Source: an uncultured candidate division Zixibacteria bacterium | GTDB taxonomy: Bacteria; Zixibacteria; MSB-5A5; UBA10806 | DNA: 64,000 nucleotides | Assembly (NCBI GenBank): GCA_963801605.1 | Contig: CAWDFP010000006.1 | Location: 1,056,001-1,120,000, forward strand | Direction of reading: 5' to 3' | Part shown: piece by piece, positions 1-10,994 of the stretch | How positions within the stretch are numbered: position 1 is the first letter of the stretch | Layout of the letters: each line of letters opens with the position of its first letter | Notes under the pieces: model-generated | Seen by the model: the letters and a program-made list of their open reading frames with translations, nothing else | Databases searched by the model: none | Told to the model about the DNA's origin: nothing | Made by a program: the position numbers and the translations under genes

Positions 1-1161
1 ATCCAGCGCGATCTTGTATCCTTCTAAGATATGAGCGCGTTTTTCGGCTTCTTCGAGATCGTATTTGGTACGGCGCAATACCACTTCATGACGATGATCG
101 ATAAAGTGCTGTAGGATTTGCTGAAGGTTTAAAATACGGGGTTCGCCTTTGACAAGCGCCAGCATGATCATTCCGAAGGTGGCCTGCATCTGGGTCATTT
201 TGAAAAGCTGATTCAGAACCACATCGGTTTGGGCGTCTTTCTTAAGTTCGATAACGATTCTCATGCCGTCGCGATCGGATTCGTCGCGCAGATCGGAGAT
301 GCCCTCGATCTTTTTATCGCGCACCATCTCGGCGATACGCTCCAGAAGATTCGATTTATTTACCTGGTAAGGAATTTCGCTGACGATAATGCTTTCGCGT
401 CCGTTCTTTTGAACCTCGATATTAGCCTTGGCGCGAATGAAAAACCGTCCTCGCCCGGTGAGATAACCCTGACGCATTCCCTCGATACCGAATACCAGTC
501 CGCCGGTGGGAAAATCCGGTCCTTTGATATGCTGCAGCAATTCCTCCGATGTTGTCTCCGGTTCGTCAATCAGAGTGCAGATAGCGTCAACCGTTTCAGC
601 TAAATTATGGGTCGGTATATTTGTCGCCATTCCTACAGCAATACCGGTGGCCCCGTTGCAAATCAGATTGGGGAATTTCGATGGCAGCACCGTTGGCTCT
701 TCGCGGGTCTCATCGTAGTTGGCTTTCATACTGACTGTGTTCTTTTCGAGATCGAGAAGCATCTCCATAGCGATGGGGGAGAGGCGCGCCTCGGTATATC
801 TCATGGCCGCCGCAGAGTCACCATCGATAGAGCCGAAGTTTCCCTGGCCATCGACTAACAGGTAGCGCATATTGAAATCCTGCGCCATACGCACCAGCGT
901 TGGATAGACCACTTGCTCGCCGTGAGGATGGTAATTGCCCGACGTATCACCGGCGATCTTGGCGCATTTACGATGTGGTCTATTTGGCGCCAGGCCCAGG
1001 TCGTTCATCGCCACCATGATGCGCCTATTGGACGGTTTCAGCCCGTCGCGAACATCCGGTAAAGCGCGATTGGTGATGACCGACATGGAATAGTCGATAT
1101 AGGAGGTTTTCATCTCCTCTTCTATAAAAACAGGGACGATTTTTTCAGATTCTAACGGCAT
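1..1161 (-). CDS. gyrA: DNA gyrase subunit A, 5' part (runs off the window start)
   Basis: My own translation of the minus strand from ATG 1161: [43 protein letters not shown]...YHPHG...[23 protein letters not shown]. Not in the ORF track because it has no stop inside the window. Confidence 0.96.
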   Translation of the reverse strand, partial: MPLESEKIVPVFIEEEMKTSYIDYSMSVITNRALPDVRDGLKPSNRRIMVAMNDLGLAPNRPHRKCAKIAGDTSGNYHPHGEQVVYPTLVRMAQDFNMRYLLVDGQGNFGSIDGDSAAAMRYTEARLSPIAMEMLLDLEKNTVSMKANYDETREEPTVLPSKFPNLICNGATGIAVGMATNIPTHNLAETVDAICTLIDEPETTSEELLQHIKGPDFPTGGLVFGIEGMRQGYLTGRGRFFIRAKANIEVQKNGRESIIVSEIPYQVNKSNLLERIAEMVRDKKIEGISDLRDESDRDGMRIVIELKKDAQTDVVLNQLFKMTQMQATFGMIMLALVKGEPRILNLQQILQHFIDHRHEVVLRRTKYDLEEAEKRAHILEGYKIALD

Positions 1162-1441
1162 TCAAAGACTCCTTCTATATATTTTTTCGCCGCTTTTTTG
1201 GCGAATTTTTCCAGATCAATATTATACCAGGAATGTCTCTAAAATTTCAACTCTTATTTTGAAAAAAATGATTTGTAACACAATGCAGTGTAACAAGATA
1301 TGTATATCAAAAAAGCATCTATGGGTGTTTGAGGACGATTTTTAGAAGCGGTTTTATAAAACAATAATATATGGCAAATTTTGGTGAGATTAAGGGAACG
1401 TTCGACAGAATGTTCCCTTAGTCGAAATGATGTTGAAGAGA

Positions 1442-3259
1442 TTATTTCATCAACACTAATTTCTGTGTTTTGCCTAAATAATCGACGTTCCACTGGGTAA
1501 TTCTGGCGAAGTATATCCCCGATGCAAGCTCATTGCCCGAATCATCACGGCCATTCCAGGCTATGGAGTGCTTTCCCACCTCCCTTTTATCATCTAATAA
1601 CGTTCTTACTTTCCTACCTTGAATGTCATAGATATCAATATTGATCTGAGCTGGTATTGGCCCCAAATTGGCAACATAATAGATTATGGTAGTAAAAGAG
1701 TTGAAGGGGTTAGGGTAGCTAGATTCTATAGACGTAATAGAGGGAATATCAATTCCTGTATAGTCATCTATTCCCACATTAATTACCCGGAGTTCCTCAG
1801 AATAGGCGCTTAAATTCCCTTGATTGTCATAAGCCGCTATTTTGTAGTAGTAGTTATGCAGACTATCCCAGTTTAAATCTACATAAAAGGAGGTATCGGG
1901 TTCAGAAAGTATGTTTCCGGCCCAAGGGGCAAATCCGGGTATCGTATCTCTGTTTATGATATATCTCCAAAAATCAGCTTCGAGATTATCATCTTCCACG
2001 CAATGATCAGGCTGTCTTCCGAAATCGTATAAGAAAGGCTATCAGGTTTCCTTGGCGAGTAAATCCAGATACTGGTAGGAAGAGCCACATAGGTCCCCCG
2101 AAAACATCCAATATCAGACTTCTTGGGTTCGTCTACATCTAGTATATGTAGGGTCTCCGGCATCTATCAGGGGGGAATAAGCCTGGAGATGGACATCAAA
2201 GGAGTCAGGGTTGGAATACATGGGATCAGCGTAGAAATTACCTATCGTATCTACTCTCCTCCGAGCCGACGATCTACAGCATCAGCAACTGTAAATTCCC
2301 CCAGAAGGCGTTGTAACCTAACGGATAAGCTGTCGTGGGGGGCATAGATAGCCGTGCCACATTCGGTAACGGAGTTGTTTCTAAAGACTACTGTTCCCGG
2401 AATCTCGAGAGACCATAATATGATCCCAAAAGCCTGAGCCCCAAAGGAACTATTATAGCAGATCCTCCTGACCGTATTGTTTTCAACAATGGCTTTCTTG
2501 GAGGCCATGACACCATGCCCTCGCTGAAAATTGTCAATGTAATTGTTTCTGAAAAAGGAGGAATCCTCAACCCCGGTAAACTCATCAAAGACGGCAAGGT
2601 GTCCATTTCCAATTATATAGAAGATGTTATTTTCAATCACCGCCCAAGACCAGTCGCCGTGGAGGACGGAAGCATTCACGGTTATTAAGCGCGTGATGGA
2701 AAATATTGTTTTTAAACAAAAATTTACCGCTAAAAAGGGATAGGTTTACCGCTTCCCAGCAGTTTATAAATTCACAGTCTTCCACATAGGCTGAATCTCT
2801 GCAGACCGCCGCCGGCTAGAACGCCGATTCCACCTGTAAATTTGCAGTTGATGGCTAAAATAGAGGCTGGCCTCAACGTATCCCCTAAAACCTGAGCGAG
2901 TATCACGCGGTACTCAATGAAAGCCATATCCCTAACCAAGCGTATTGTCTCAGGCCAGCCAGATGATTAGGGCTGGTATTTTCGGTTAATATGGTCGAAT
3001 CGGATCCTGCCCCAATGAATGTAAGGCAGCTATCTTGGTTTCTTTGCCTGATAAGTTGATCGAATGTACCTGGTCCTATAAAGATGGTATCAAATGGGCT
3101 TGAGGCATATATGGCAGAATCGATTATCTCTGCCGCCGTCTCCCAGGAGGCATAGGGGTAAGTATTGGAGCCAGTGTGGGAGGCGTAGTGGTAGTCGGCG
3201 TGGGCTGGAACTGCGGACGCTATGGTAATTATTATTAAGCAAACAACGAAGGTTTTCAC
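1442..3259 (-). CDS. Secreted beta-helix-like protein with C-terminal FlgD/T9SS-type sorting domain, split by several frameshifts
   Basis: GGAGGT then GTG 3259 and a signal peptide (MKTFVVCLIIITIASAVPAHA). ORF pieces 2903-3409, 2251-2679 (IENN...FRNN repeats), 1954-2163 (SDIGCFRG) and 1442-1999 ending SYPNPFN...QKLVLMK. Confidence 0.7.
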
Positions 3260-3308
3260 AAATACCTCCCGAAATTTCGATTTCAAAGCAAATAAAAGGT
3301 GCAAGAAA

Positions 3309-3337
3309 AATATAGAAGGCGAACCCTTTTTTGTCAA
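3309..3337 (-). promoter_or_regulatory. Sigma70-type promoter for the 3259 gene
   Basis: TTGACA (3337-3332), 17 nt, TATATT (3314-3309) on the minus strand. Confidence 0.65.
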
Positions 3338-3440
3338 GATTATTATGGATTGTTTAAGATATTTAGAATAAGTAAAAGTGAGGATGATATTTATAAAGCT
3401 CCGGGGCAAAGCGAATCAACATAAGAATCATTTTACCCGC

Positions 3441-3474
3441 AAAAAACAAAGCCCCGCCTATTATGACGGGGCTT
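3441..3474 (-). terminator. Intrinsic terminator
   Basis: AAGCCCCG...CGGGGCTT stem followed by a T-rich tract on the minus strand, just after the 3493 stop. Confidence 0.7.
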
Positions 3475-3492
3475 AAAAACTTGAAAATTCAA

Positions 3493-4134
3493 TTAGTACT
3501 TGGGGGGAGCGTCTTTGCCTTTAGAGGCGAAAGATAATTTCACACCGACATATAGAAAATCCCAGGCGTTGGTGCTCATATTGCCCGGAAGACCGTAATC
3601 GGCGCTGGTAATGTCAGCCCGTCCCATATTATATCTTATTTCCAACTCATAAAGAGTCTTAAGATAAGGCGAACTGGTGAGGCCGATACCGGCAAAACCA
3701 AAATAGCCTCTATTAGGCGAAGTGATATCGATGGAGTGATCGGGTACGTAATAATGAGCATTGGGCTTAAATGTCCCGCCTCCGCCATTGATAAAAATAG
3801 CTCCGTCGGACAACGAAATTAGGTTCAGTCTGGCAGTGCCGCCGAGTTGGCTGAAGTTATAGCTTAAACGGCCGGTTGCCGATGAGATCGTTGTTCCAAA
3901 CCTGAGCCAGTTGCCCATAACGCCTATTCCAAAACCATTAAATAGATAATAGCGAACCTCGCCCTCAAATCCAAAACCTGAGCCTGCGGCCAGAAATTTC
4001 GGGTCGCTAAAATCGCCCTGGGCCGAAGGAAGACCAAGACCCAAAGAGCCAACAAATGCTCCGGCCTGTTGCGCGGATGCATAAATTGGCGTGATCGTTA
4101 ATAATAGCACAATCAACAACAAAGCTTTTTTCAT
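3493..4134 (-). CDS. Outer-membrane beta-barrel protein
   Basis: Signal peptide MKKALLLIVLLL with SD AAGGAG; alternating amphipathic strands, Gly/aromatic-rich, ending FLYVGVKLSF plus a short tail. Confidence 0.65.
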   Translation of the reverse strand: MKKALLLIVLLLTITPIYASAQQAGAFVGSLGLGLPSAQGDFSDPKFLAAGSGFGFEGEVRYYLFNGFGIGVMGNWLRFGTTISSATGRLSYNFSQLGGTARLNLISLSDGAIFINGGGGTFKPNAHYYVPDHSIDITSPNRGYFGFAGIGLTSSPYLKTLYELEIRYNMGRADITSADYGLPGNMSTNAWDFLYVGVKLSFASKGKDAPPKY

Positions 4135-4473
4135 CAACTTCTCCTTAGCAAAGATATATAATTCAACTTTCTCCAATATAATATAACTCCATCGCAACGT
4201 AAACGGATTTTTCCGGAAACCAAGCCTGTAGACATTTTTATCCTATCACCCTATTCTGCTTACTCGGAACAAATGTCGAGGCCCCCCAAAGCAGGTTTAC
4301 AGTATAACAAAATGCCCCGGAATTCCGTTGCAATTTCTTTTCAGAGCTAAAAATATTTTATTTATTAAGCTATTTATAGACACTCAACAACAGCAGATAT
4401 CTATGGCTATATTGAATAAAATAACTAAACGGGCATGTTTCCTAAAGCTATTAAGATGTTATGACGTAAACCG

Positions 4474-4761
4474 TTAGGCGATCGATTGACTATGACGTTG
4501 CTGCAAGAGATCTAGCTCTCGTTCATAGGCTTCCAACACCATCCCTTCCAGATGGCGGCGCATATCGGTATTGATGGGATGAGCCACATCCTGGTAGGTA
4601 CCGTCCGGGCGGCGCCGCGATGGCATGCTGACGAATAATCCCCTGCTACCGCTTATAACTTTTAATCCTCTGATTACGAATGAATCGTCAAAAGTTACAT
4701 TAGCGAATGCCCTTAGTTTCTCCTCATTCCTCATTGTGAATCGGATCTCTGTGATTTCCAC
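4474..4761 (-). CDS. spoVG: SpoVG family nucleic-acid-binding protein
   Basis: GGAGG then GTG 4761; EITEIR...AFANVTFDDSFVIRGLKVISG..GLFVSMPSRR..DGTYQDVAHPIN. Confidence 0.93.
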   Translation of the reverse strand: MEITEIRFTMRNEEKLRAFANVTFDDSFVIRGLKVISGSRGLFVSMPSRRRPDGTYQDVAHPINTDMRRHLEGMVLEAYERELDLLQQRHSQSIA

Positions 4762-4840
4762 TTTACCTCCCAGGTTGCATGCAATTTCCAAGATGCTTTC
4801 AACATGCAATTAACCGAGACCGCGGATGCTTTTTGTCAGC

Positions 4841-5704
4841 TTAAGCGCTGTAAGGTTGAAGCGGAATCGGTCTGCACCGGAAAACCTTTATTCCCCATTC
4901 TCTTAAGGTTTCAAGCTTATCCTGCTGAATGGCCCCAGGTGAATAAAGGCCAAAAAAGGATGAGCCTGATCCTGTCATCGAACTATAAAAGGCCCCGGAT
5001 CCCAACAGAGACCGTTTTAACTGAGTTAATTCAGGATTTTTTGCCAGAGCGACTTCTTCAAGATCGTTGCGAAAATATTTTGCCAGTTGCAACAGATCGG
5101 CGAAGTCTATCCTGCTTTTTAATAAAGGTCCTATTCTCTCCTTTGTCAAGTCAATTTTTGCATTCGCATAAGCCGTGGCTGTAGATATTGCCAGGGGTGG
5201 CGAGACTATCACAATTTCGTAATCAAGCGGTAAAGCAATGGGCTCAATTATCTCCCCACGCCCCTTTATGAGTGATTGCCCCGTTGAAAGGAAAAAGGGA
5301 ACATCCGAGCCGATAGAGGCGCCGATTTCGGAAATTTCGCTAATTGACGGCCTTAAGCCGAATAGCTGACATATTCCTCGAAGTACAAAAGCGGCATCCG
5401 ATGATCCGCCTCCAAGACCTGCTCCCATGGGGATTTTTTTGAGCAACTCGATTTTTACGCCGGGAAACGGAAAGAAATCTTGAAGCGCTTTCGCTGCCCG
5501 AAAAGCTAAATTGCCCTTATCGTTTGGAAGCGAAGAATCGCTACAGACAAGTTCGATTTTATTAGATTTTTCAAGATGGATTTCATCATAAAGGTCGACC
5601 GCCTGAATCAGGCTTTCGATTTCATGAAAACCATCGTCCCGTTTCCTTAAAACCTCAAGGTATAGATTGATTTTAGCGGGTGCTTTTATTGATAATTTTT
5701 CCAA
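4841..5704 (-). CDS. ispE: 4-diphosphocytidyl-2-C-methyl-D-erythritol kinase
   Basis: APAKINLYL, KKIPMGAGLGGGSSDAA, IGSDVPFF, MTGSGS (GHMP kinase motifs). Confidence 0.96.
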   Translation of the reverse strand: MEKLSIKAPAKINLYLEVLRKRDDGFHEIESLIQAVDLYDEIHLEKSNKIELVCSDSSLPNDKGNLAFRAAKALQDFFPFPGVKIELLKKIPMGAGLGGGSSDAAFVLRGICQLFGLRPSISEISEIGASIGSDVPFFLSTGQSLIKGRGEIIEPIALPLDYEIVIVSPPLAISTATAYANAKIDLTKERIGPLLKSRIDFADLLQLAKYFRNDLEEVALAKNPELTQLKRSLLGSGAFYSSMTGSGSSFFGLYSPGAIQQDKLETLREWGIKVFRCRPIPLQPYSA

Positions 5705-7240
5705 AAGGGCAATCCCAGGCTGAAGTCGTAAGACAGCTCCAATTTACCGTAGAACTGTTTGGGGGAGATTCCGGATCGATGTTGGAAATTACGTATAGTT
5801 TGGTATCCGGTCGCAATATGTGCAGTCAAGCCATTGGTTCCATTCCAGTCTGCCGTCAGCGCCAGTTGACGAGTCCATTCCACCAGTCCTGATGGAAATT
5901 TAACTCCAAATGGCGCCATACCGGGCTGAAGATCGGCAGCATCATATTCCCCCTTATCGCGTCCCACAAATTCCGCACCGAGTTTTAGCTGGTATCCAAG
6001 CCTTCTATAAATGCCGGCGAAATATTCTCTTTGATCGGAATCAAGTCGGGACAGGGGCCAGCCATAATTGAGATAGGCATTATAGCGCCATCGTTGCCCA
6101 TAAACGTACGTATTGACGATATTAAGTTCTACAAGCCCGGTCCAGTTCGGTAAGATGGCAGGCGCCAGATTCGCTCCAAATTGCATGGCAATTTTCTGCG
6201 GCCCGCGGTGCTGGCGTTGGATATCATCGAAATTAAACTGAGTGTATAATTTCCCCAATCCCCGTTTTGTCCAGGAGATATCCAGGCCCCAAAAAGCGTT
6301 ATCGTCAAGATGGCGATTTTGAGCCTCCCAATAAAACAGGACAAATGGAATATTGTAAAATAATTCCGGTAGCCTGTCGGGTCCGCCATAGATATATATT
6401 TCGGAAAGCGCAATTTCCCAACCCTTCCCGGGTGTGAAACGAAGCCTATGGCCCGAAATGAATCGCCGGTCAGCAAATCCAGTCGCCGGGTCGATATAAT
6501 CGTCAAGCCTGGCGCCAAAACCGGATAATCGGAATGGTTTTAAGGTGAAGCTATAGCCGATCATATCGAGAGGGGGCGAGTTGTCATCGAGAAGAATGCT
6601 TCCTCTCGGCGATGGTCCCCAAACAAGCCGATCCCGTCCGAACATAAGGCCGAATCGATTGAGCTTAACCGTTAGATAGGCGCGGTCGAATTGGCCGATA
6701 ATATGCTCCCTATGAGCGACGCCGTAATACCAGGGATATCGAATGCCATCGGAATCGAAAATGAGCTGGCTATCCCATCCCCAACTGGATTCCTTCGAAA
6801 GTTGAATTCCTGCTTTATATACCGATCCAAATTCATTTTTATATCCACGATCGATAAAGATATCGCGTTGGTAGAAATAACCATCGGATTTTTGCCGGGA
6901 TAAGGCTCGAATCTCAAGCCCGCCGTTAAAACCTGCCGATAGATTTTCGGGCTCTACCTTTTGCGGAGGAGTCAGACGATTCAAAATTGTCGCCGCGATT
7001 TGTTTGCTTGTAGGATCGAAAAGAAAGGTCATCTTTGGCAATTTCAGCGGCGATATCGGAGATCAGCCAGGGTTTTTCAGTCTGGCTTAATCCACTGAGA
7101 TACCCCTGTATCTGAAGATCCTCAATTTGTTTGACTATTGGATCATTTGAAGGCAAATAGATTAATTGAGCGGATATTATTTGGATAAAAATCAGAAAAA
7201 AAATAAAAAAGCCGATACTGAGAGGAAACGCTTTTCTCAT
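5686..7240 (-). CDS. Capsule assembly Wzi family outer-membrane protein (one frameshift near 7020)
   Basis: N-terminal piece (signal peptide, EKPW) joins the 5686-7041 ORF carrying FGRDRLVWGP..GSILLDDNSPPLD and SGHRLRF if one T is removed from the T-run at ~7019-7022. Confidence 0.75.
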
Positions 7241-7247
7241 GGACATA

Positions 7248-7276
7248 AAGGTATAGCGGAGTTCCTGCAATGTCAA
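7248..7276 (-). promoter_or_regulatory. Sigma70-type promoter, probably leaderless
   Basis: TTGACA-17-TACCTT, then 7 nt to ATG 7240; no SD. Confidence 0.55.
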
Positions 7277-7291
7277 GGCGATAGCGCCCGT

Positions 7292-7504
7292 TTGGCCCGC
7301 GGGTTCCGCCTTTCGGTCCGGAAGACCGAAAGAAATAAATCCGATTGGGAACAGATGCGACCATGCCCATTGATTCTGGCACCTATTAGTTTATGGATAA
7401 ATAGTCGGATCTCTGAGAGCTATCTATCGGCGAAACAACTGTCAGACAGCCCCAATCGGATTTCCTGCCCCGACTTCGTCGGGGCTGCGGAACCCGCGGG
7501 CCAA
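7292..7504. repeat. Nested palindromic element (MITE/REPIN-like)
   Basis: Perfect 18-bp terminal inverted repeat at 7292-7309/7487-7504, inner 13-bp inverted repeat at 7337-7349/7451-7463, and hairpins at 7310-7332 and 7467-7485. Confidence 0.8.
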
Positions 7505-7521
7505 GAGTGATGGAATGATTT

Positions 7522-8355
7522 CTAGAAGCCCAAATGGATACCGAAAACGGTTTTGCCGTCGCGGTTTCTTACCGATTGCGAGTCGTACGGCCACCAGCCA
7601 AGATAGGCCATCACGATCCCATTTTTGCCATAGACCACGAAATCAAAATTCAGCCCATGCTTTCGCTTGAGATCGTGGTGGGAATTGATTACCCACAGGT
7701 TGTTTGATTCGATATTGAATCCCAGGCTCTTATACCGGGCAACCAGGATATTAAAATTGGTCTGCGACGTGAATTCGTAATCGTGGTTTTTCTGCCAGGT
7801 GCCTTCGCCTCGCGGTGCATAGAAACCGATTTGCAGATAGTAATCGAGCTTGCTTGGAAATGAAAGTCCGGGTATGCCGGACTTGGGTTGATGATATTTG
7901 TATTTTGAGAGATACCCTTTACTTCCGAATCCTATACGCGGGCTGTTCCAAAAAACGGAGTAATCCTCCTGCTCCCAGCGGCCAATATCATGGAAACAAT
8001 CGTGATGCATTTGCAGATCGAAAAAGTGTTTTTCGAATTCAAATTTACCGGCAATACTGAATGCCCAGCCGCCCCGGTTGGGATCGAATACCATATTGGA
8101 ATGATATTTCCGACCCATATAAATTTCGTGAGTCAGTTCGACCAGGAAAAAAAATCGATGATAGCGAATTGTCTCCAGGCTGACGCTCAGTTCTGTATCT
8201 ATAAAGTAAGTGGCATCCTGATTAAAATAGATATATGACATGATGTCGCCGTAGCCGGTCATCAAAGCTTCGAAATTGGGTTTATCCTGTGCTGCACTGT
8301 TTGATGAAACCATTATTAGTATTAGCGCCGATATGGAGAAAAGATATTTACGCAA
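7522..8355 (-). CDS. Secreted hypothetical protein, probable outer-membrane beta-barrel
   Basis: Signal peptide, aromatic-rich strands, C-terminal TVFGIHLGF ending in Phe. Confidence 0.6.
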   Translation of the reverse strand: MRKYLFSISALILIMVSSNSAAQDKPNFEALMTGYGDIMSYIYFNQDATYFIDTELSVSLETIRYHRFFFLVELTHEIYMGRKYHSNMVFDPNRGGWAFSIAGKFEFEKHFFDLQMHHDCFHDIGRWEQEDYSVFWNSPRIGFGSKGYLSKYKYHQPKSGIPGLSFPSKLDYYLQIGFYAPRGEGTWQKNHDYEFTSQTNFNILVARYKSLGFNIESNNLWVINSHHDLKRKHGLNFDFVVYGKNGIVMAYLGWWPYDSQSVRNRDGKTVFGIHLGF

Positions 8356-8456
8356 TTGAACCTCGCTCCTTAGGCAAAACTCAAACCGGCCATGTAACGC
8401 ATAGCATCCCTCTTACGGTAAATCTACCATAGCGTACGGAAAAGAGCAACAGGCAT

Positions 8457-8485
8457 AAAAAAACGCCGCTTTTACAAGCGGCGTA
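8457..8485 (-). terminator. Intrinsic terminator after the nucleotide-sugar operon
   Basis: ACGCCGCTT...AAGCGGCGT stem followed by a T-run on the minus strand. Confidence 0.7.
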
Positions 8486-8508
8486 TTAATATCCACTAAT
8501 GCTATCTT

Positions 8509-9891
8509 TTAAAGCTTAAAGATTTTCTTTTTGGAATCAGTCACATTACTGGTAGCGTTTCTTGTATCTACGATGAGATTGGCTTTATCCACAATCCATT
8601 GATAGTTGAAGCTTGAGTGGTCGGTGATAATTGCTACGCAGTCGGCGGATTTTAGAAGCTGCTCATTTAGCGGAGTTGCTTTCATGTCCGGGCCGACTTC
8701 CATCTTAATTGTCGAAACGAAGGGGTCAACATATTTGACATTGGCGCCTTTTCCCTGCAAAAGCCTGATTACATCGAGAGCCGGTGATTCACGCAAGTCG
8801 GAAATATCTCGCTTATAGGCTACGCCCAGGACCAAAATAACCGAATCATTAATCGCTTTTTTCCTGGTATTGAGGGCGTTAACGATCTTTTCCACAACAT
8901 ATTCCGGCATGTGGGAGTTGATATCACCAGCTAACTCAATAAAGCGCGCATAGTAGTTAAGCGATTTAAGCTTCCACGACAGATAATGCGGATCAATCGG
9001 GATACAGTGTCCTCCCAAACCGGGGCCGGGATAGAACGGCATAAATCCAAACGGTTTGGACGCCGCCGCATCGATAACTTCCCAAACATCGATTCCCAGA
9101 CGATCACACATCAAGGCAACCTCGTTGACCAGACCGATATTTACCGACCTGAAGGTGTTCTCGAGAAGCTTAACCATTTCGGCGGTTTTTGTCGATGATA
9201 CCGGTATAACCTGCGAGATGACCTGCTCATAGAAGAACTGGGCTACCTTGAGACATGCCGGGGTGGTGCCGCCGACAACCTTAGGGGTATTTCGAGTCTG
9301 GTATTTGGGATTGCCGGGATCAACTCTTTCGGGCGAGAAGGCCAGGAAAAAATCAGTGCCCAGCTTCAGGCCTGTAGCCTCAAACTTCTCTCGCAAAAGT
9401 TCATCGGTAGTGCCGGGGTAGGACGTCGATTCGAATACGATCAGCATTCCTTTGTGCAAATACTTACTGATTTCCGTAACCGCTGCCAGTATGAAGGAAA
9501 CATCGGGATCTTTAGTTTTATTAAGTGGAGTGGGGACACAAATGATCGCCACATCGGCCTTTTTCAAATGGCTGAAATCGTTTGTGGTATAGAGCCTTTT
9601 TAATTCAACCAGCTCCTTTACCTCATAATCCTTGATATCATCGACATCCGATTTTCCGGCGTTTAGGGTTTTAATCTTTCTCTCTAAGATATCGATACCC
9701 GTTATCTTGAACCCTACTCGTCCGAATTCCACCGCCAGGGGGAGCCCGACATATCCCATTCCAATAATTGCAATTGATGCTGAACGATCCGCAATCTTAC
9801 AGCGCAGCGATTCGACGTAATTATCTTCGGCTGCTTTTGCGATAGCGGCTTTGGTTTTGGCGTTGACCGATTTTATTGATTTAGCGGGCAT
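8509..9891 (-). CDS. Nucleotide-sugar dehydrogenase, WbpA/WecC-like (probable UDP-GlcNAc 6-dehydrogenase)
   Basis: GMGYVGLP, ICVPTP, EST, FSPERVDPGN, KLLENTFRSVNIGLVNE, GPGLGGHCIPIDP. Confidence 0.9.
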   Translation of the reverse strand: MPAKSIKSVNAKTKAAIAKAAEDNYVESLRCKIADRSASIAIIGMGYVGLPLAVEFGRVGFKITGIDILERKIKTLNAGKSDVDDIKDYEVKELVELKRLYTTNDFSHLKKADVAIICVPTPLNKTKDPDVSFILAAVTEISKYLHKGMLIVFESTSYPGTTDELLREKFEATGLKLGTDFFLAFSPERVDPGNPKYQTRNTPKVVGGTTPACLKVAQFFYEQVISQVIPVSSTKTAEMVKLLENTFRSVNIGLVNEVALMCDRLGIDVWEVIDAAASKPFGFMPFYPGPGLGGHCIPIDPHYLSWKLKSLNYYARFIELAGDINSHMPEYVVEKIVNALNTRKKAINDSVILVLGVAYKRDISDLRESPALDVIRLLQGKGANVKYVDPFVSTIKMEVGPDMKATPLNEQLLKSADCVAIITDHSSFNYQWIVDKANLIVDTRNATSNVTDSKKKIFKL

Positions 9892-9935
9892 TCGAAATCC
9901 CCCTCTCATAAGTTGTTACTACAATCGTCATTTAT

Positions 9936-10898
9936 CTAAACCTCCTCAACTAAGTATTCGCGCCAGTAATCAAATAAATCCTTTAAGGTTTTATCTATTG
10001 GGATAGTTGGATTCCATCCCGTATCGCGCCTGATCTTTTTATTAGAACCTACCAGTATCGGGATATCGACCGGCCTCATGCGGGATTGATCCACGACAAT
10101 CTCGATATTTTTCGAGGTAAACCGTCGATACTTTTCAAGCAGGTCGGCAAGCTCGTATCCGGTACCTGAACAAACATTGTATGGTTCCCCAATCCGACCC
10201 TTATCTACTATATCGACATAAGCCCGAATTACATCACGTACATCGCTGTAATCTCGTCTGACCTGGATATTGCCGACTTTAATTGTCGGTTGGGAAAGTC
10301 CCAAATCGATCTTGGCAACCTGGAAAGCCCAATCGGAGAGCACCCCCACGGTTTTCTGCCAGGGGCCCGAATGGGAAAAAGCCCGGGCAATATAAACTTG
10401 CTGCCCGTACGATTTGACATATTGATAGGCCAGAAGATCTATCGAAGCTTTGCTTACTGCGTATGGGTTTACAGGACGCAGAGGATGTTCTTCAGTTACC
10501 GGCACTTCCTCGGGCTTTAATGGTCCGTAAACCTCGGATGACGAAATCACTAATGTTTTAATCGGGAAATCGACTTTATTGATCGCTTCGAGTAGAGTCA
10601 ACGATCCCATAATATTTATCGCTAACGTTTCTTGCGGATTTTCAAAAGATAAGCGCACCGATGATTGCGCCGCCAGATGATATACTATGTCCGGTTTGAA
10701 CTGCTTTAGCGCTTTGGTAATAGTTTTTTCGTCGCGGATATCGCCAGTGAAGATTTTAACGTCATGCGCTTTTGTCAGTAGCGCAAGATCCTCGTTATCT
10801 TCCGGCTCAAGACCGGCCACCTCATCGCCTCTGTTGAGGAGAAAAGATGTCAGGTGCCGTCCCGCAAAACCCGCTATGCCTGTGATAAAAACTTTCAA
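9936..10898 (-). CDS. GDP-4-keto-6-deoxy-D-mannose reductase-like SDR (Rmd-like)
   Basis: TGIAGFAG, HLAAQSSV, SSSEVYG, YAVSK, RDYSDVRD; adjacent to gmd. Confidence 0.75.
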   Translation of the reverse strand: MKVFITGIAGFAGRHLTSFLLNRGDEVAGLEPEDNEDLALLTKAHDVKIFTGDIRDEKTITKALKQFKPDIVYHLAAQSSVRLSFENPQETLAINIMGSLTLLEAINKVDFPIKTLVISSSEVYGPLKPEEVPVTEEHPLRPVNPYAVSKASIDLLAYQYVKSYGQQVYIARAFSHSGPWQKTVGVLSDWAFQVAKIDLGLSQPTIKVGNIQVRRDYSDVRDVIRAYVDIVDKGRIGEPYNVCSGTGYELADLLEKYRRFTSKNIEIVVDQSRMRPVDIPILVGSNKKIRRDTGWNPTIPIDKTLKDLFDYWREYLVEEV

Positions 10899-10994
10899 AT
10901 TTCTTTTCTTCTATTTGTAAATCAAGACCCCGAAAGGGCATGACTTATCATCTCAATTATTATTATGACTTTGTCTTATATTATCCGTTAAAAA

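Noticed and set aside
229..858. Plus-strand ORFs 229-603 and 607-858, and similar antisense ORFs over gyrB, the PPIase and dnaE
   Set aside because: Shadow ORFs opposite well-supported genes.
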